Assembly: GCA_963662275.1 (NCBI GenBank)
Contig: OY759316.1
Coordinates: forward strand, 2,016,001 to 2,080,000
Length of the DNA: 64,000 nucleotides
Direction of reading: 5' to 3'
Origin: Candidatus Cloacimonadales bacterium
Lineage (GTDB): Bacteria; Cloacimonadota; Cloacimonadia; Cloacimonadales; DAONDQ01
Positions within the stretch are counted from its first letter, which is position 1; the number at the start of each line of letters is the position of its first letter. The notes under the pieces were generated by a model. It had not been told where the DNA came from. It saw only the letters and a program-made list of their open reading frames with translations, and did not search any database. This document shows, piece after piece, positions 28,055 through 36,889 of the stretch. The position numbers and the translations under genes were made by a program.

Positions 28055-28801
28055 TTATTCTTTCTTAATGCCATTGCGTTCTCTCATTGACACTTTACCA
28101 TCGATAAAAATAGGATAGGAATCGTGTATAATCCGGTCAAGGATGGCATCGGCAAGGGTTTCCTGACCAATCTTCTCATGCCATCCTCCGGTTCTGAACT
28201 GAGAACAGAAGATCGTTGATGAGTGCTGATGCCTCGCTTCGATAATCTCCAAAAGATCTCTTGCCTCTTGTTCTCTGAGTGGTGTCAGCAGCCATTCATC
28301 AAGTATCAGCAGTTTGATCTGCTTGTATTGTTTTATGACTTTCTTAAAAATACCTTCACCTCTGGCAACTGCCAGGTCATCCAGCAATTCGGGAAGTCGT
28401 ATATATCTGACAGGATAATAGTTCCGGCAGGCTGCTATCCCGAAAGCACAACCCAGCCAGGATTTCCCGTTTCCTGATGCTCCCATAATGATTATATTCC
28501 GATTTTCGCTGATGTAACTGCAGGTTGATAAACGGATAATCTCAGATCGATCCAGCTTTCTGTCATCATGATATTCTACGTCTTCAATACTTGCCTGGCT
28601 GAACTTCAAGTTTGCCTTCTTAATTAGCCTCTGCAGTCTGTTATTTTTGCGTCTGGCCCATTCAGCATCTACGAGCAGACTGAAGCGTTCTTCGAAAAGC
28701 AAATCCTTAAATGCACCATCATGTAATTGCTGGCAGAAAGTATCAGCCATAGCACTCAAATGCATCTCGTGAAGCTTATTGACTGTTGATTGGCTGATCA
28801 T
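28055..28801 (-). CDS. istB: IS21 helper ATPase IstB
   Basis: GASGNGKSWL Walker A, LLILDEW Walker B, ADAILDRI. Confidence 0.95.
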   Translation of the reverse strand: MISQSTVNKLHEMHLSAMADTFCQQLHDGAFKDLLFEERFSLLVDAEWARRKNNRLQRLIKKANLKFSQASIEDVEYHDDRKLDRSEIIRLSTCSYISENRNIIIMGASGNGKSWLGCAFGIAACRNYYPVRYIRLPELLDDLAVARGEGIFKKVIKQYKQIKLLILDEWLLTPLREQEARDLLEIIEARHQHSSTIFCSQFRTGGWHEKIGQETLADAILDRIIHDSYPIFIDGKVSMRERNGIKKE

Positions 28802-30342
28802 TTATTTTTCCTCCCGTAGTAGTCTGCACCTCTGGTAATACCAAAATCAGAAGCAGGATCATTCTTTGCAGTCTCTGCCGCATTATTGATCTTATCAAAA
28901 CCCGTCTTGAGTATGGTTTGGATATTTTTATAACCGGGATTGGGTGTATAAGATAATGCCCTTTGACATGCACTTTCGAGCCTCTGCACAGAATACCTGT
29001 CAGCTGATTTCAGAAGTGCCATACAGGAACGGTATCCCTGCTGTTCAACACGATAGGATGCCAGAATAGACTTAATTACGATCATCGTATGTTCCCCTAT
29101 TTCCTTTGCCCAGGAGATAAACCTCTCTGCATTCCATTCCTGATATTTCTGATGCTGTTCAGGCATATGTTCAGGGAGTGTCTGATACTGACCGGGATGA
29201 CCAAATTTCCTGACATGGGAAGCGATTCTGTTGGAGTTATAGAAAACCTCGACAACTCTGCTTGTGATGCGTACATCCACATAGTATTTTATGTATTCAT
29301 AAGGAACCGAATAGTACATCTTATCCACGCTTATATGATAATTGAACTGTACTGTTGCCTTTGACCAGGCAGCAAGCTCATATGGCGACAATGACAATGG
29401 AATAAGCATGGGCTGTTCTTCTGCCTGAAAGACACTTTCTCTGCTTCCTTCTTTCTTTTGAAAGGGCTTGGTATTGAACTCTCCCAGTTTTTCCCTGATT
29501 GACATATTGAGTTCATGAAGCGAAAAGAATGTCTGGTTTCGCAAGGCAGCAATGATCCAGGTTGAGATGACTCCAACTGTGCCTTCTGCACTGGGCTTAT
29601 CCTTTGGTCTTCTAACTCTGGCAGGTATTACCGCAGTATCGTAATAAGCAGACATTTCTCCATAGGTTCTGTTGATAACGGGAGTATACCACGACACATG
29701 GTCAACTCCCGTCTTAAGATTATCAGGAACAAGTATTTTAGTAACTCCATTAAAGTACTTGAAGCTATTTATATGAGCCTGAATCCAGCTTTCCATATTC
29801 ATGGAAAGAAAGGCTTCCACATAGGAATAACCACTGTACGGGAGGGTTGCTACAAAAACATAGGCTTTGATCGGTTCACCGGTAATGTTGTTTTTGATGG
29901 CGGCAGTCTGTCCAGCCCAGTCCACTTCCAGCTTTTCTCCTGGTTTGTGTTTTATTCGCATGGTTGCTTTTGTCTTTTGTGAGTAATCATGGTAATGTTT
30001 GCAAAATTGCGTATACTTGTAGGGAATAGCCTGATTATTCCTGCATCCCTCAGAGTATTCATGCCAGAGTAGCGACAGTGTTACACCACTCTTGGCAAGT
30101 TCCTTGTGTATGTGTTCATAATCAGGCATCTTCTGCGGGTTTGACGATAAGTAAGCCGGAAAGAGCTGCTCTTCGATCATCTCATTTGTTAATGTATCAG
30201 GAAGCGGCCATTCAAGGCTCTGGTCTGTTGCCCTTTGAATGATCATCGACACGTTATTGCGGGAACAGGATAAACTCGCCGCTATGCCTCGTCTGCTTAT
30301 TCCCTGGCTGTGTAAGCGAAGGATCTCTCGGTAATTGGTCAT
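28798..30342 (-). CDS. istA: IS21 transposase IstA
   Basis: N-terminal HTH, EVDWAG, VPDNLKTGV, PARVRRPKDK..AE DDE motifs; start set to ATG 30342 after GGAGG; ATGA overlap with istB. Confidence 0.95.
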   Translation of the reverse strand: MTNYREILRLHSQGISRRGIAASLSCSRNNVSMIIQRATDQSLEWPLPDTLTNEMIEEQLFPAYLSSNPQKMPDYEHIHKELAKSGVTLSLLWHEYSEGCRNNQAIPYKYTQFCKHYHDYSQKTKATMRIKHKPGEKLEVDWAGQTAAIKNNITGEPIKAYVFVATLPYSGYSYVEAFLSMNMESWIQAHINSFKYFNGVTKILVPDNLKTGVDHVSWYTPVINRTYGEMSAYYDTAVIPARVRRPKDKPSAEGTVGVISTWIIAALRNQTFFSLHELNMSIREKLGEFNTKPFQKKEGSRESVFQAEEQPMLIPLSLSPYELAAWSKATVQFNYHISVDKMYYSVPYEYIKYYVDVRITSRVVEVFYNSNRIASHVRKFGHPGQYQTLPEHMPEQHQKYQEWNAERFISWAKEIGEHTMIVIKSILASYRVEQQGYRSCMALLKSADRYSVQRLESACQRALSYTPNPGYKNIQTILKTGFDKINNAAETAKNDPASDFGITRGADYYGRKNK

Positions 30343-30797
30343 TGCATTGACCTCCATGAATTGATTTACACTGATACAGTGCATTAATTCATGTTGGTTT
30401 TTTCTTTCAAAATAGCAAGGTGGCTCTATTTTAGCGAAGACGTGGCTCTAAAACTCCGTACAAGTGGCTCTCATTTAGAATATTATTCAAATAAGCATTT
30501 CCCATCATAGGCATGATTGGATATGCTGTTGAACAAGCTCAAGTAGCAGGGTGATTTTGAATATGTATTTGGAAATTGCTTTTTGAAGATTTCTTGGGTT
30601 GAATTGGATTTTTACAATTTTAGCAGAGTCTTTTACCAATGGAAGAGATGATTTTCTTTTCAGAAGTTATCAAATCACTTTGAGATCAGACTTTTTGTGT
30701 ATGGGCTGATATTGTTTTCAAGTATTTTAGCAAATTGCCTGTAATATTTCGGTTGTTTCTATAATTTAGGCAAGACAATCCCGTCGGTAAAATTAAC

Positions 30798-31940
30798 TTA
30801 CAGTTTACCGCCATCAAAGCAATTTGCCAAAAACAACAGCGACCAAGGCGGTGATCTTGGTTTTCCGGTAATTGAAGCATGCTGTGTCATCTTTGATTTG
30901 CAATTAGGGCAGAGGTCTTTTTCAAATTTGGGAATTACAAAAGTTTTAGCTGTCTGATTCTTGTCATTAGAATCGGACTTTGCTGGGAAAAAGCTGTTGA
31001 CCATCTCCCAGACAGATTTTGCCGCCGGACTGAGAAATCCGTAGTATCTGATTTTCTGAAATCCCTGCGGCAGAACATGCATCAGGAACTTATTGATAAA
31101 CTCCACGGAGTCGACGCTTTTAAAGGCGAATTTAGCTGAACCTGCCGGCTTGTATTTAAAGGTTACCAGCCCGTCCTTTTCCCAAAGGATGCGATTGTTG
31201 GTGATGGCGGTCCGATACACATAATTGGCCAAATAAGTCAGAGCCTCCCGACCTTTTCCGACGGGTCGGGAGTCTGTGACAAACTCTTTTTGCTGCCAGA
31301 CTAGCGGGGATATCCGACCAAACAGATGCTGATTTTCCAGTCGAAGCAAATCACGGAATTTTGCCCGGTAAATCACCGAAAGAGCTTTGACCGGAATCAG
31401 GAACTTATTGCCTGCTTTTTGCCATTCCTTTCGTTCTTTATTCCAAGCTCCGCCGGGGACTATATAATGAATATGAGGATGATATTCAAGCTGCCTTGTC
31501 CAGGTATGAAGTACCCCGGTAAAGCCTGAAACGCCACCGGCATATTTGGGATCTGAAAGCAATGTCTTTAAGGCTTCAGATGATGCTTTGAACTGAAGAT
31601 CATAAAGCAGTTTCTGATTTGACAGGCATGTTTTGTGCAGTTCCCGGGGTATGGTGAAAGTTACCATGAAGTACTTAACCGGCAGCAGTTTGGCAAGCTG
31701 CTTTTCCAGCCATTTCGCTGAATCATTACGGCCACACTTCGGGCAGTGACGGTTTTTGCAGGAATGATAGGAATAATGCAGTTCCGCACATTCCTGGCAT
31801 AAATAGACTTCTCCGCCCAGTTCAGGTGTCCGGCAAAGGAGAATATCTCTGATCGCTCTTAAATGGCTTTCCGGTGACTGGTTTCCATATTTTTCCAGAT
31901 ACTCGGACAGGTTGTTTTTGAGAATCCTGCTAAAATCCAT
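30798..31940 (-). CDS. IS91-family rolling-circle (Y2 HUH) transposase
   Basis: Zn-binding CRT..LGG...C..C...SCKNRHCPKC; HTW...YHPHIH HUH motif; YLANYVYR (YxxxY); HVLPQGFQKIRYYG. Confidence 0.93.
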   Translation of the reverse strand: MDFSRILKNNLSEYLEKYGNQSPESHLRAIRDILLCRTPELGGEVYLCQECAELHYSYHSCKNRHCPKCGRNDSAKWLEKQLAKLLPVKYFMVTFTIPRELHKTCLSNQKLLYDLQFKASSEALKTLLSDPKYAGGVSGFTGVLHTWTRQLEYHPHIHYIVPGGAWNKERKEWQKAGNKFLIPVKALSVIYRAKFRDLLRLENQHLFGRISPLVWQQKEFVTDSRPVGKGREALTYLANYVYRTAITNNRILWEKDGLVTFKYKPAGSAKFAFKSVDSVEFINKFLMHVLPQGFQKIRYYGFLSPAAKSVWEMVNSFFPAKSDSNDKNQTAKTFVIPKFEKDLCPNCKSKMTQHASITGKPRSPPWSLLFLANCFDGGKL

Positions 31941-32813
31941 TTACATCTTATTCATCAGTTCATTGATGATTTTACATGACTGCTCTCGGGAAACGTTAGT
32001 CAAATGCACGTATACCATGGTCGCTCTAAGACTTTCGTGCCCGAGCAAGTCTTTGATGATGATGATACTGACACCTGCTTCCAATAAATGTGTGGCATAA
32101 GAATGTCTGAGTGTATGACAGGTTACATGCTTAGGGATGCGTGTCTCCTTTAAGGCTGACTTCAGAGCTGACCGAAGAGTTTGGACAGAAATCTGGTTCG
32201 AGGTTGTCATTCTGTTAATATCAGCCTGTCTGGTGCTTCTGCTCGGGAATAAAAGCTGTCTGTTCTGATGGGTTTTCCAATATTCCCGGAGTTCCTGATA
32301 CAATTTTTCAGGCAGAGGTATTGACCTGTCTTTGTTGCCTTTGGATTGCCTTACCGTGATGGTCATCAATTCCCGGTTGATATCGGCTATTTTAATCTTG
32401 ACTGCTTCCGAAATCCTTAATCCGCATTGATAGGTAAGAGTCAGTAAGAGTCGATAATCATAAGTATGAATGCGGGAGATAAGCATTCTAACTTCGTCTG
32501 TGGTCAGAATCACAGGAAGTTTGTGCTCAATCTTTGCCTTAAAAAAGGTAAAATCCTCTTGCCTGAAACCAACAACATGGATGAAAAAAAATCTGATGCC
32601 ATAATAGGCTGATTTTAAACTCTGAGGACTATAATTCTTGACGTTATGCAGGTAGACAAAATATGTTCTTACCTGTTCAATAGATAGTGTGCCGGGGTCT
32701 TGACCATAATATGATGCTAAAGAAGTGACTTGTCTGATGTAATTGTATTTTGTCTCTCGGGACACGCCTCGAAGATCAAGGCACTCTAAAAAGCGAACTT
32801 CGTATGATTCCAT
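31941..32813 (-). CDS. Site-specific tyrosine recombinase (integron-integrase-related, no obvious IntI-specific insertion)
   Basis: KLPVILT..EV, YQCGLRISE, SKGNKDR, HTLRHSYATHLLEAG, LLGH...T..Y; stop TAA directly abuts the transposase ATG. Confidence 0.93.
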   Translation of the reverse strand: MESYEVRFLECLDLRGVSRETKYNYIRQVTSLASYYGQDPGTLSIEQVRTYFVYLHNVKNYSPQSLKSAYYGIRFFFIHVVGFRQEDFTFFKAKIEHKLPVILTTDEVRMLISRIHTYDYRLLLTLTYQCGLRISEAVKIKIADINRELMTITVRQSKGNKDRSIPLPEKLYQELREYWKTHQNRQLLFPSRSTRQADINRMTTSNQISVQTLRSALKSALKETRIPKHVTCHTLRHSYATHLLEAGVSIIIIKDLLGHESLRATMVYVHLTNVSREQSCKIINELMNKM

Positions 32814-32846
32814 ACTTACCTCCAGTTAATTTTGGGGGTAAGTATG
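32811..32846 (-). promoter_or_regulatory. Hairpin sequestering the RBS and start codon of the recombinase
   Basis: Minus strand CATACTTACCcCCA-aaattaac-TGGaGGTAAGTATG, 13/14-bp stem containing GGAGG and ATG. Confidence 0.75.
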
Positions 32847-33776
32847 CTTTTAGTGAGGGTTCAGTATATCAATAGTTTAAATGCATGAAACACGAGTTTA
32901 CTGCGAACGGTACTGCTGCTTGCAGCTTCGTTCAACAAGAATTTCTTTTAGATTAGATATTCTACTTGCTTTTTTAGGGATTTTATTATCATTATTTAGT
33001 ATCGGATTTTCTTTATTTAATCGTGGTGAACAGTTGAAAGAAAAAAAGAGAGTCGATCAATTAACTTTCTTATCGATGGTTACTCCTGATGAAAGAAAAT
33101 GTTTTATTGATTATGCCAGACTTGTAAATATCCCAGAAAGTTCTGTCATGGATATGGCTAGCTCGCTAACTCAAGGCGTAAATAGATTCAATCGAGGCGA
33201 AATAACTAATTCATTGAGTTACTTTCAATATGCAATAAATTCATTACCGGATTATCCAACAGGATACTTAGCTGAAGCATACGTTTTCGAAAAGCTAAAA
33301 AATCAAGATAGTTTGATTTGCTATCTTCAAAAAGCTATTGAAAAAGCTGAGTCGCTTAGACCAGATTTGAAAGTGATATTTATTGGTGAAGTTAATACAT
33401 TTATTGTGAATGATAAAGAGATTTCTGATCCTCTACCAATTGGCACTTCTGCATGGAATATTGATAGTTTTATCTATCACTGTAAGAAAAAGCTTGAAAT
33501 CTATAATATTAATGGATGCGAGAAGAAAAAAACTATTACAAACACTGAATAAACATAATGACAATCTATTAATCATGGTTATATGAAGCAGGTATTTAAC
33601 AGGATGATTATGGAATCATATGTCACAAATAGCATCTAGGATTGATAAACTAAATATTTTGTGAGTGAGTTCGAAAATAGCTCAATTTTATTCATACTTC
33701 CAACAATTCAGTTGACATAATTTCCATACTTTGCGAATTAATAAAATAATGTATTATTATGTAAAGGGGGAAACCT

Positions 33777-33980
33777 ATGCCTAGAATGACTGTTGACCCT
33801 AATTATTGTAAAGGGTGCGGTCTTTGTATTGAAGCATGTCCGAAGAAGATCATACGTTTTTCGGAAGAGATCAATAGCAAAGGCTATCATTACGCTGAAT
33901 GTTTTAACCAGGATGCCTGCATCGCCTGCAAGATGTGTTACATGACTTGCCCTGATGTGGCAATTACCGTGGAAAAGTAG
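33777..33980 (+). CDS. 2-oxoacid:ferredoxin oxidoreductase ferredoxin (delta) subunit
   Basis: Two CxxCxxCxxxCP motifs; first gene of the four-gene operon. Confidence 0.92.
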   Translation: MPRMTVDPNYCKGCGLCIEACPKKIIRFSEEINSKGYHYAECFNQDACIACKMCYMTCPDVAITVEK

Positions 33981-33988
33981 GAGGGATT

Positions 33989-35068
33989 ATGGCAAAAGTA
34001 TTAATGAAAGGAAATGAAGCAGTAGCAGAAGCCGCCATCCGTGCCGGTTGTCGTTTATATTTTGCATATCCCATCACTCCTCAAAGTGAACTAATTGAGT
34101 ATATGGCAAAAAAAATGCCACTCGTGAATGGAACATTCCTTCAAGCTGAAAGCGAAGTCGCTGCCATCAATATGGTATACGGCGCTGCCGGTTGCGGTAG
34201 ACGGGTCATGACTTCTTCCTCATCACCTGGAATCTCTCTCAAAATGGAAGGCTTATCTTATATTGCCGGTTCCATGCTTCCTGCTGTAGTCGTAAATGTA
34301 CAGCGTGGCGGTCCGGGTCTTGGTGATATTCAACCTGCCCAAGCTGATTACTTCCAAGCCACGAAAGGTGGGGGACATGGTGATTATCGTCTTATTGTCC
34401 TGGCACCCAGTTCAGTGCAGGAATTCGCTGATATGGCTGGAGAAGCTTTTGACCTGGCTGACAAATACCGCAATCCCGTCATGATTCTTGCCGATGGTAT
34501 GTTGGGTCAGATGATGGAACCTGTCGAATTTAAAGAGAATAAACCTGCTGAAGAACTACGTGATATCGAACATAAGCACGAATCCTGGTGTATAACAACA
34601 AATGAAGATGGTCCAAAACGACATCATCATGAGATCAATTCGTTGGAAATCGATCCCAAAGTGTTGGAAAAGCACGTCATTGAATTAGGTCAAAAGTATG
34701 ATTATATCACTAAACATGAAACACGCCATGAAGCATACAATGTATCAGATGATAATGAAATTCTTTGCGTTGCTTTCGGGACTGCCTCACGTATTGTGAA
34801 ATCTGCTGTGAATGATCTAAAAGATGAAGGTAAGAGCATTGGACTGATTCGTCCCATCACTTGTTGGCCTTATCCTTATGAAGCTGTGAAACAAGCGATT
34901 GGAAGTAAAGTAAAAAAAGTCCTCGTCTTCGAACTAAACCTCGGTCAAATGCTGGATGACGTCAAAATCGCCGTTGAAGGCAAAGTCCCTGTTGATTTTT
35001 ATGGAAAGGTAGGCGGTATCGTCTTCACACCGGATGAAATCAAACGTAAGATCGAAGAAAGTTTGTAG
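33989..35068 (+). CDS. vorB: 2-oxoacid:ferredoxin oxidoreductase alpha subunit (VorB-like)
   Basis: MKGNEA.AEAA, YPITPQSE, QAESEVAAINMVYGA, SSSSPGISLK, RGGPGLG.IQP.Q.DY. Confidence 0.88.
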   Translation: MAKVLMKGNEAVAEAAIRAGCRLYFAYPITPQSELIEYMAKKMPLVNGTFLQAESEVAAINMVYGAAGCGRRVMTSSSSPGISLKMEGLSYIAGSMLPAVVVNVQRGGPGLGDIQPAQADYFQATKGGGHGDYRLIVLAPSSVQEFADMAGEAFDLADKYRNPVMILADGMLGQMMEPVEFKENKPAEELRDIEHKHESWCITTNEDGPKRHHHEINSLEIDPKVLEKHVIELGQKYDYITKHETRHEAYNVSDDNEILCVAFGTASRIVKSAVNDLKDEGKSIGLIRPITCWPYPYEAVKQAIGSKVKKVLVFELNLGQMLDDVKIAVEGKVPVDFYGKVGGIVFTPDEIKRKIEESL

Positions 35069-35074
35069 GAGGAC

Positions 35075-35833
35075 ATGATGGAAGTTATTGCAAAAAGACC
35101 TGAATCACTAAGAGACGTTCAATTCACATATTGCCCGGGCTGCCTGCATGGTGTTGCCCATAGACTGATTGCAGAAGCTATAGATGAAATGGGCTTGCGG
35201 AATGTTATGATGGGTGTTGCACCCGTAGGATGTTCTGTATTTGCTTATAAATTCTTCGATTTTGATATGGCGCAAGCTGCTCATGGTCGTGCTCCGGCAG
35301 TTGCCACTGGAATGAAGAGAGCCAGACCGGATATGCATGTTTTTACTTACCAGGGTGACGGCGATTTGGCTGCAATTGGTACTGCTGAAATTGTACATGC
35401 TGCTAATCGTGGCGAACATATCAGTGTTTTCTTCGTTAACAATGCGATCTATGGTATGACGGGCGGTCAAATGGCACCGACTACATTACCAAATATGAAA
35501 ACAACCACTTCACCTTATGGCAGGAATGTGGAAGATGTTGGTTATCCTATTCGTGCTGCTGAATTATTGTCATCCCTTGTGGCTCCATATTATATCGAAA
35601 GAGTATCCTTGTTATCCCCTGGTGATATCATTAAAGCTAAGAAAGCTGTAGCTAAAGCGATTAGATACAACAAGGAAGAACGTGGATTTACTTTTGTCGA
35701 ATTCATATCAACTTGCCCAACCAATTGGGGTATTGATCCTATCAAATCAAGAGAATGGGCAAAAGAAAATATGCTTCCGTACTTCAAAATTGGCTGTTTA
35801 GTAGATAAGGGAAATACGGAGGAAGTAAAATGA
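35075..35833 (+). CDS. 2-oxoacid:ferredoxin oxidoreductase beta (TPP-binding) subunit
   Basis: YCPGC.HG, PVGC, HGRAPAVATG, YQGDGDL, NNAIYGMTGGQMAPTT. Confidence 0.92.
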   Translation: MMEVIAKRPESLRDVQFTYCPGCLHGVAHRLIAEAIDEMGLRNVMMGVAPVGCSVFAYKFFDFDMAQAAHGRAPAVATGMKRARPDMHVFTYQGDGDLAAIGTAEIVHAANRGEHISVFFVNNAIYGMTGGQMAPTTLPNMKTTTSPYGRNVEDVGYPIRAAELLSSLVAPYYIERVSLLSPGDIIKAKKAVAKAIRYNKEERGFTFVEFISTCPTNWGIDPIKSREWAKENMLPYFKIGCLVDKGNTEEVK

Positions 35834-36378
35834 AGACAGAAATTATTTGTGCCGGATTTGGGGGACAGGGTGCTCTGACCATTGGTAAATTCCTAGCCCA
35901 GGCAGGGATGAAAGAAGGACGCAATGTTTCCTGGCTTCCTTCCTATGGTCCTGAGATGCGTGGTGGTACAGCAAATGTATCTACAGTTATTTCTGATGTT
36001 CCGATTGCTTCACCGATCATTTCTTTCCCGGATATACTTGTTGCTTTAAATCAACCTTCATTGGATAAATTTGGACCGAGTGTCAAAGAAAAGGGACTTA
36101 TCATCGCTAATGAAGATATGTGTCCTCACGGTATCAAACGAGATGATATTCGATTCATCAATGTATCGATGTCTGCTCTTGCCCAGGAAATCGGGGATAT
36201 GAAAGTCTTGAATATGATTGCTATTGGTTTGATCATTGGAGCTACCGGTGTGATTACTTATGAAATATTGGAAGAGGATCTGAATTCCTTTATGAAATCT
36301 AAAAATCCTGACCTTCTTGATAAAAACCTCCATGCTATAAAAAAAGGTATGGAAATCGGGATGAACTCACGGATATAA
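35830..36378 (+). CDS. 2-oxoacid:ferredoxin oxidoreductase gamma subunit
   Basis: AGFGGQG, PSYGPEMRGGTAN motifs. Confidence 0.92.
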   Translation: MKTEIICAGFGGQGALTIGKFLAQAGMKEGRNVSWLPSYGPEMRGGTANVSTVISDVPIASPIISFPDILVALNQPSLDKFGPSVKEKGLIIANEDMCPHGIKRDDIRFINVSMSALAQEIGDMKVLNMIAIGLIIGATGVITYEILEEDLNSFMKSKNPDLLDKNLHAIKKGMEIGMNSRI

Positions 36379-36389
36379 CGTTATTCAAT

Positions 36390-36425
36390 GGGGGACAATT
36401 CAGCGAATCGTCCCCCTCTTATTTT
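36390..36425 (+). terminator. Probable terminator of the oxidoreductase operon
   Basis: GGGGGACAATTC-agc-GAATCGTCCCCC followed by TCTTATTTT. Confidence 0.7.
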
Positions 36426-36639
36426 GGTCAAAGAAGCTTCATATATACAACTATTATAGCACACTTATTTTTAAGTCTAATTAACTTTAAATACATATCT
36501 CACATTATCTGTTCTTTGGATGAGAAATTGCATATTGTATCAGAAGTACGAATAAATATTACAAAGTATGATAAAATCGGCACAGTGGGCTAAAAAGTTC
36601 TTGACACAGAGTATGACAAGAAATAAACAAGTCACACAT

Positions 36640-36726
36640 GCCGAAGTGGTGAAATTGGTAGACGCAGTGGACTCAAAATCCACCGGGCTTTTGTCCATGC
36701 CGGTTCGAGTCCGGCCTTCGGCACCA
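36640..36726 (+). tRNA. tRNA-Leu(CAA)
   Basis: GCCGAAG/CTTCGGC acceptor stem, GTGGA-CT-CAA-AA-TCCAC anticodon arm, long variable arm, GGTTCGAGTCC T-loop, encoded CCA; TTGACA at 36601. Confidence 0.97.
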
Positions 36727-36889
36727 CATATAAATAGGGGGACGATTAAAGTTCTTTTTGTTATTGCGCATGTTTTATCAAATTTGACGATGTCTTTTAC
36801 ATCGAGTATTGTAGGTATTTATTGAAAGAAAGAATTGATAATGATCGGACTTTATCTATATATTTTCGGAACAACAAAGTGGAGGAACG

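Larger units (their letters stand above)
27831..30489 (-). mobile_element. IS21-family insertion sequence
   Basis: TG...CA ends; 70-bp imperfect terminal IRs with repeated AGAGCCAC boxes (27831-27900 vs 30420-30489); 4-bp target duplication AATA (27827-27830, 30490-30493); istA-istB. Confidence 0.92.
27826..32937 (-). mobile_element. Tyrosine-recombinase + IS91-type (Y2 HUH) element with integron-cassette-like ends, itself interrupted by IS21
   Basis: Ends defined by in-frame restoration of the target gene; minus-strand junctions G|TTGAAC (right) and G|TTAAGT (left), both GTTRRRY; attC-like hairpin at the downstream end. Confidence 0.82.
27769..33552 (+). pseudogene. Membrane-anchored TPR-like gene split by mobile elements (27769-27825 joined to 32938-33552)
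   Basis: AGGAGG RBS + ATG 27769 gives MGGSVIQEQQKSDQRVYLT; joining at the shared AACA (27822-27825 / 32934-32937) continues in frame as RISFRLDILLAFLGILLSLFSIGF..., 223 aa with TM and TPR-like helices. Confidence 0.8.

Noticed and set aside
31941..32813. Classical integron (intI + attI + cassette array)
   Set aside because: No cassette array or repeated attC sites seen, no obvious IntI-specific insertion, and the gene is coupled to a Y2 transposase.
30528..32936. Treating GTTGAAC...GTTCAAC as simple terminal inverted repeats that bound the element
   Set aside because: Those limits leave the hairpin segment behind and do not restore the target gene; limits 27826-32937 do.
32881..32937. N-terminus MHETRVYCERYCCLQLRS of ORF 32881..33552
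   Set aside because: Lies in the mobile element end and lacks an RBS; the native start is at 27769.
36640..36726. tRNA-Leu as integration site of an island
   Set aside because: No duplicated tRNA 3' end noticed elsewhere in the window and no adjacent integrase.
36568..36825. 85-aa ORF
   Set aside because: Overlaps tRNA-Leu entirely; spurious.
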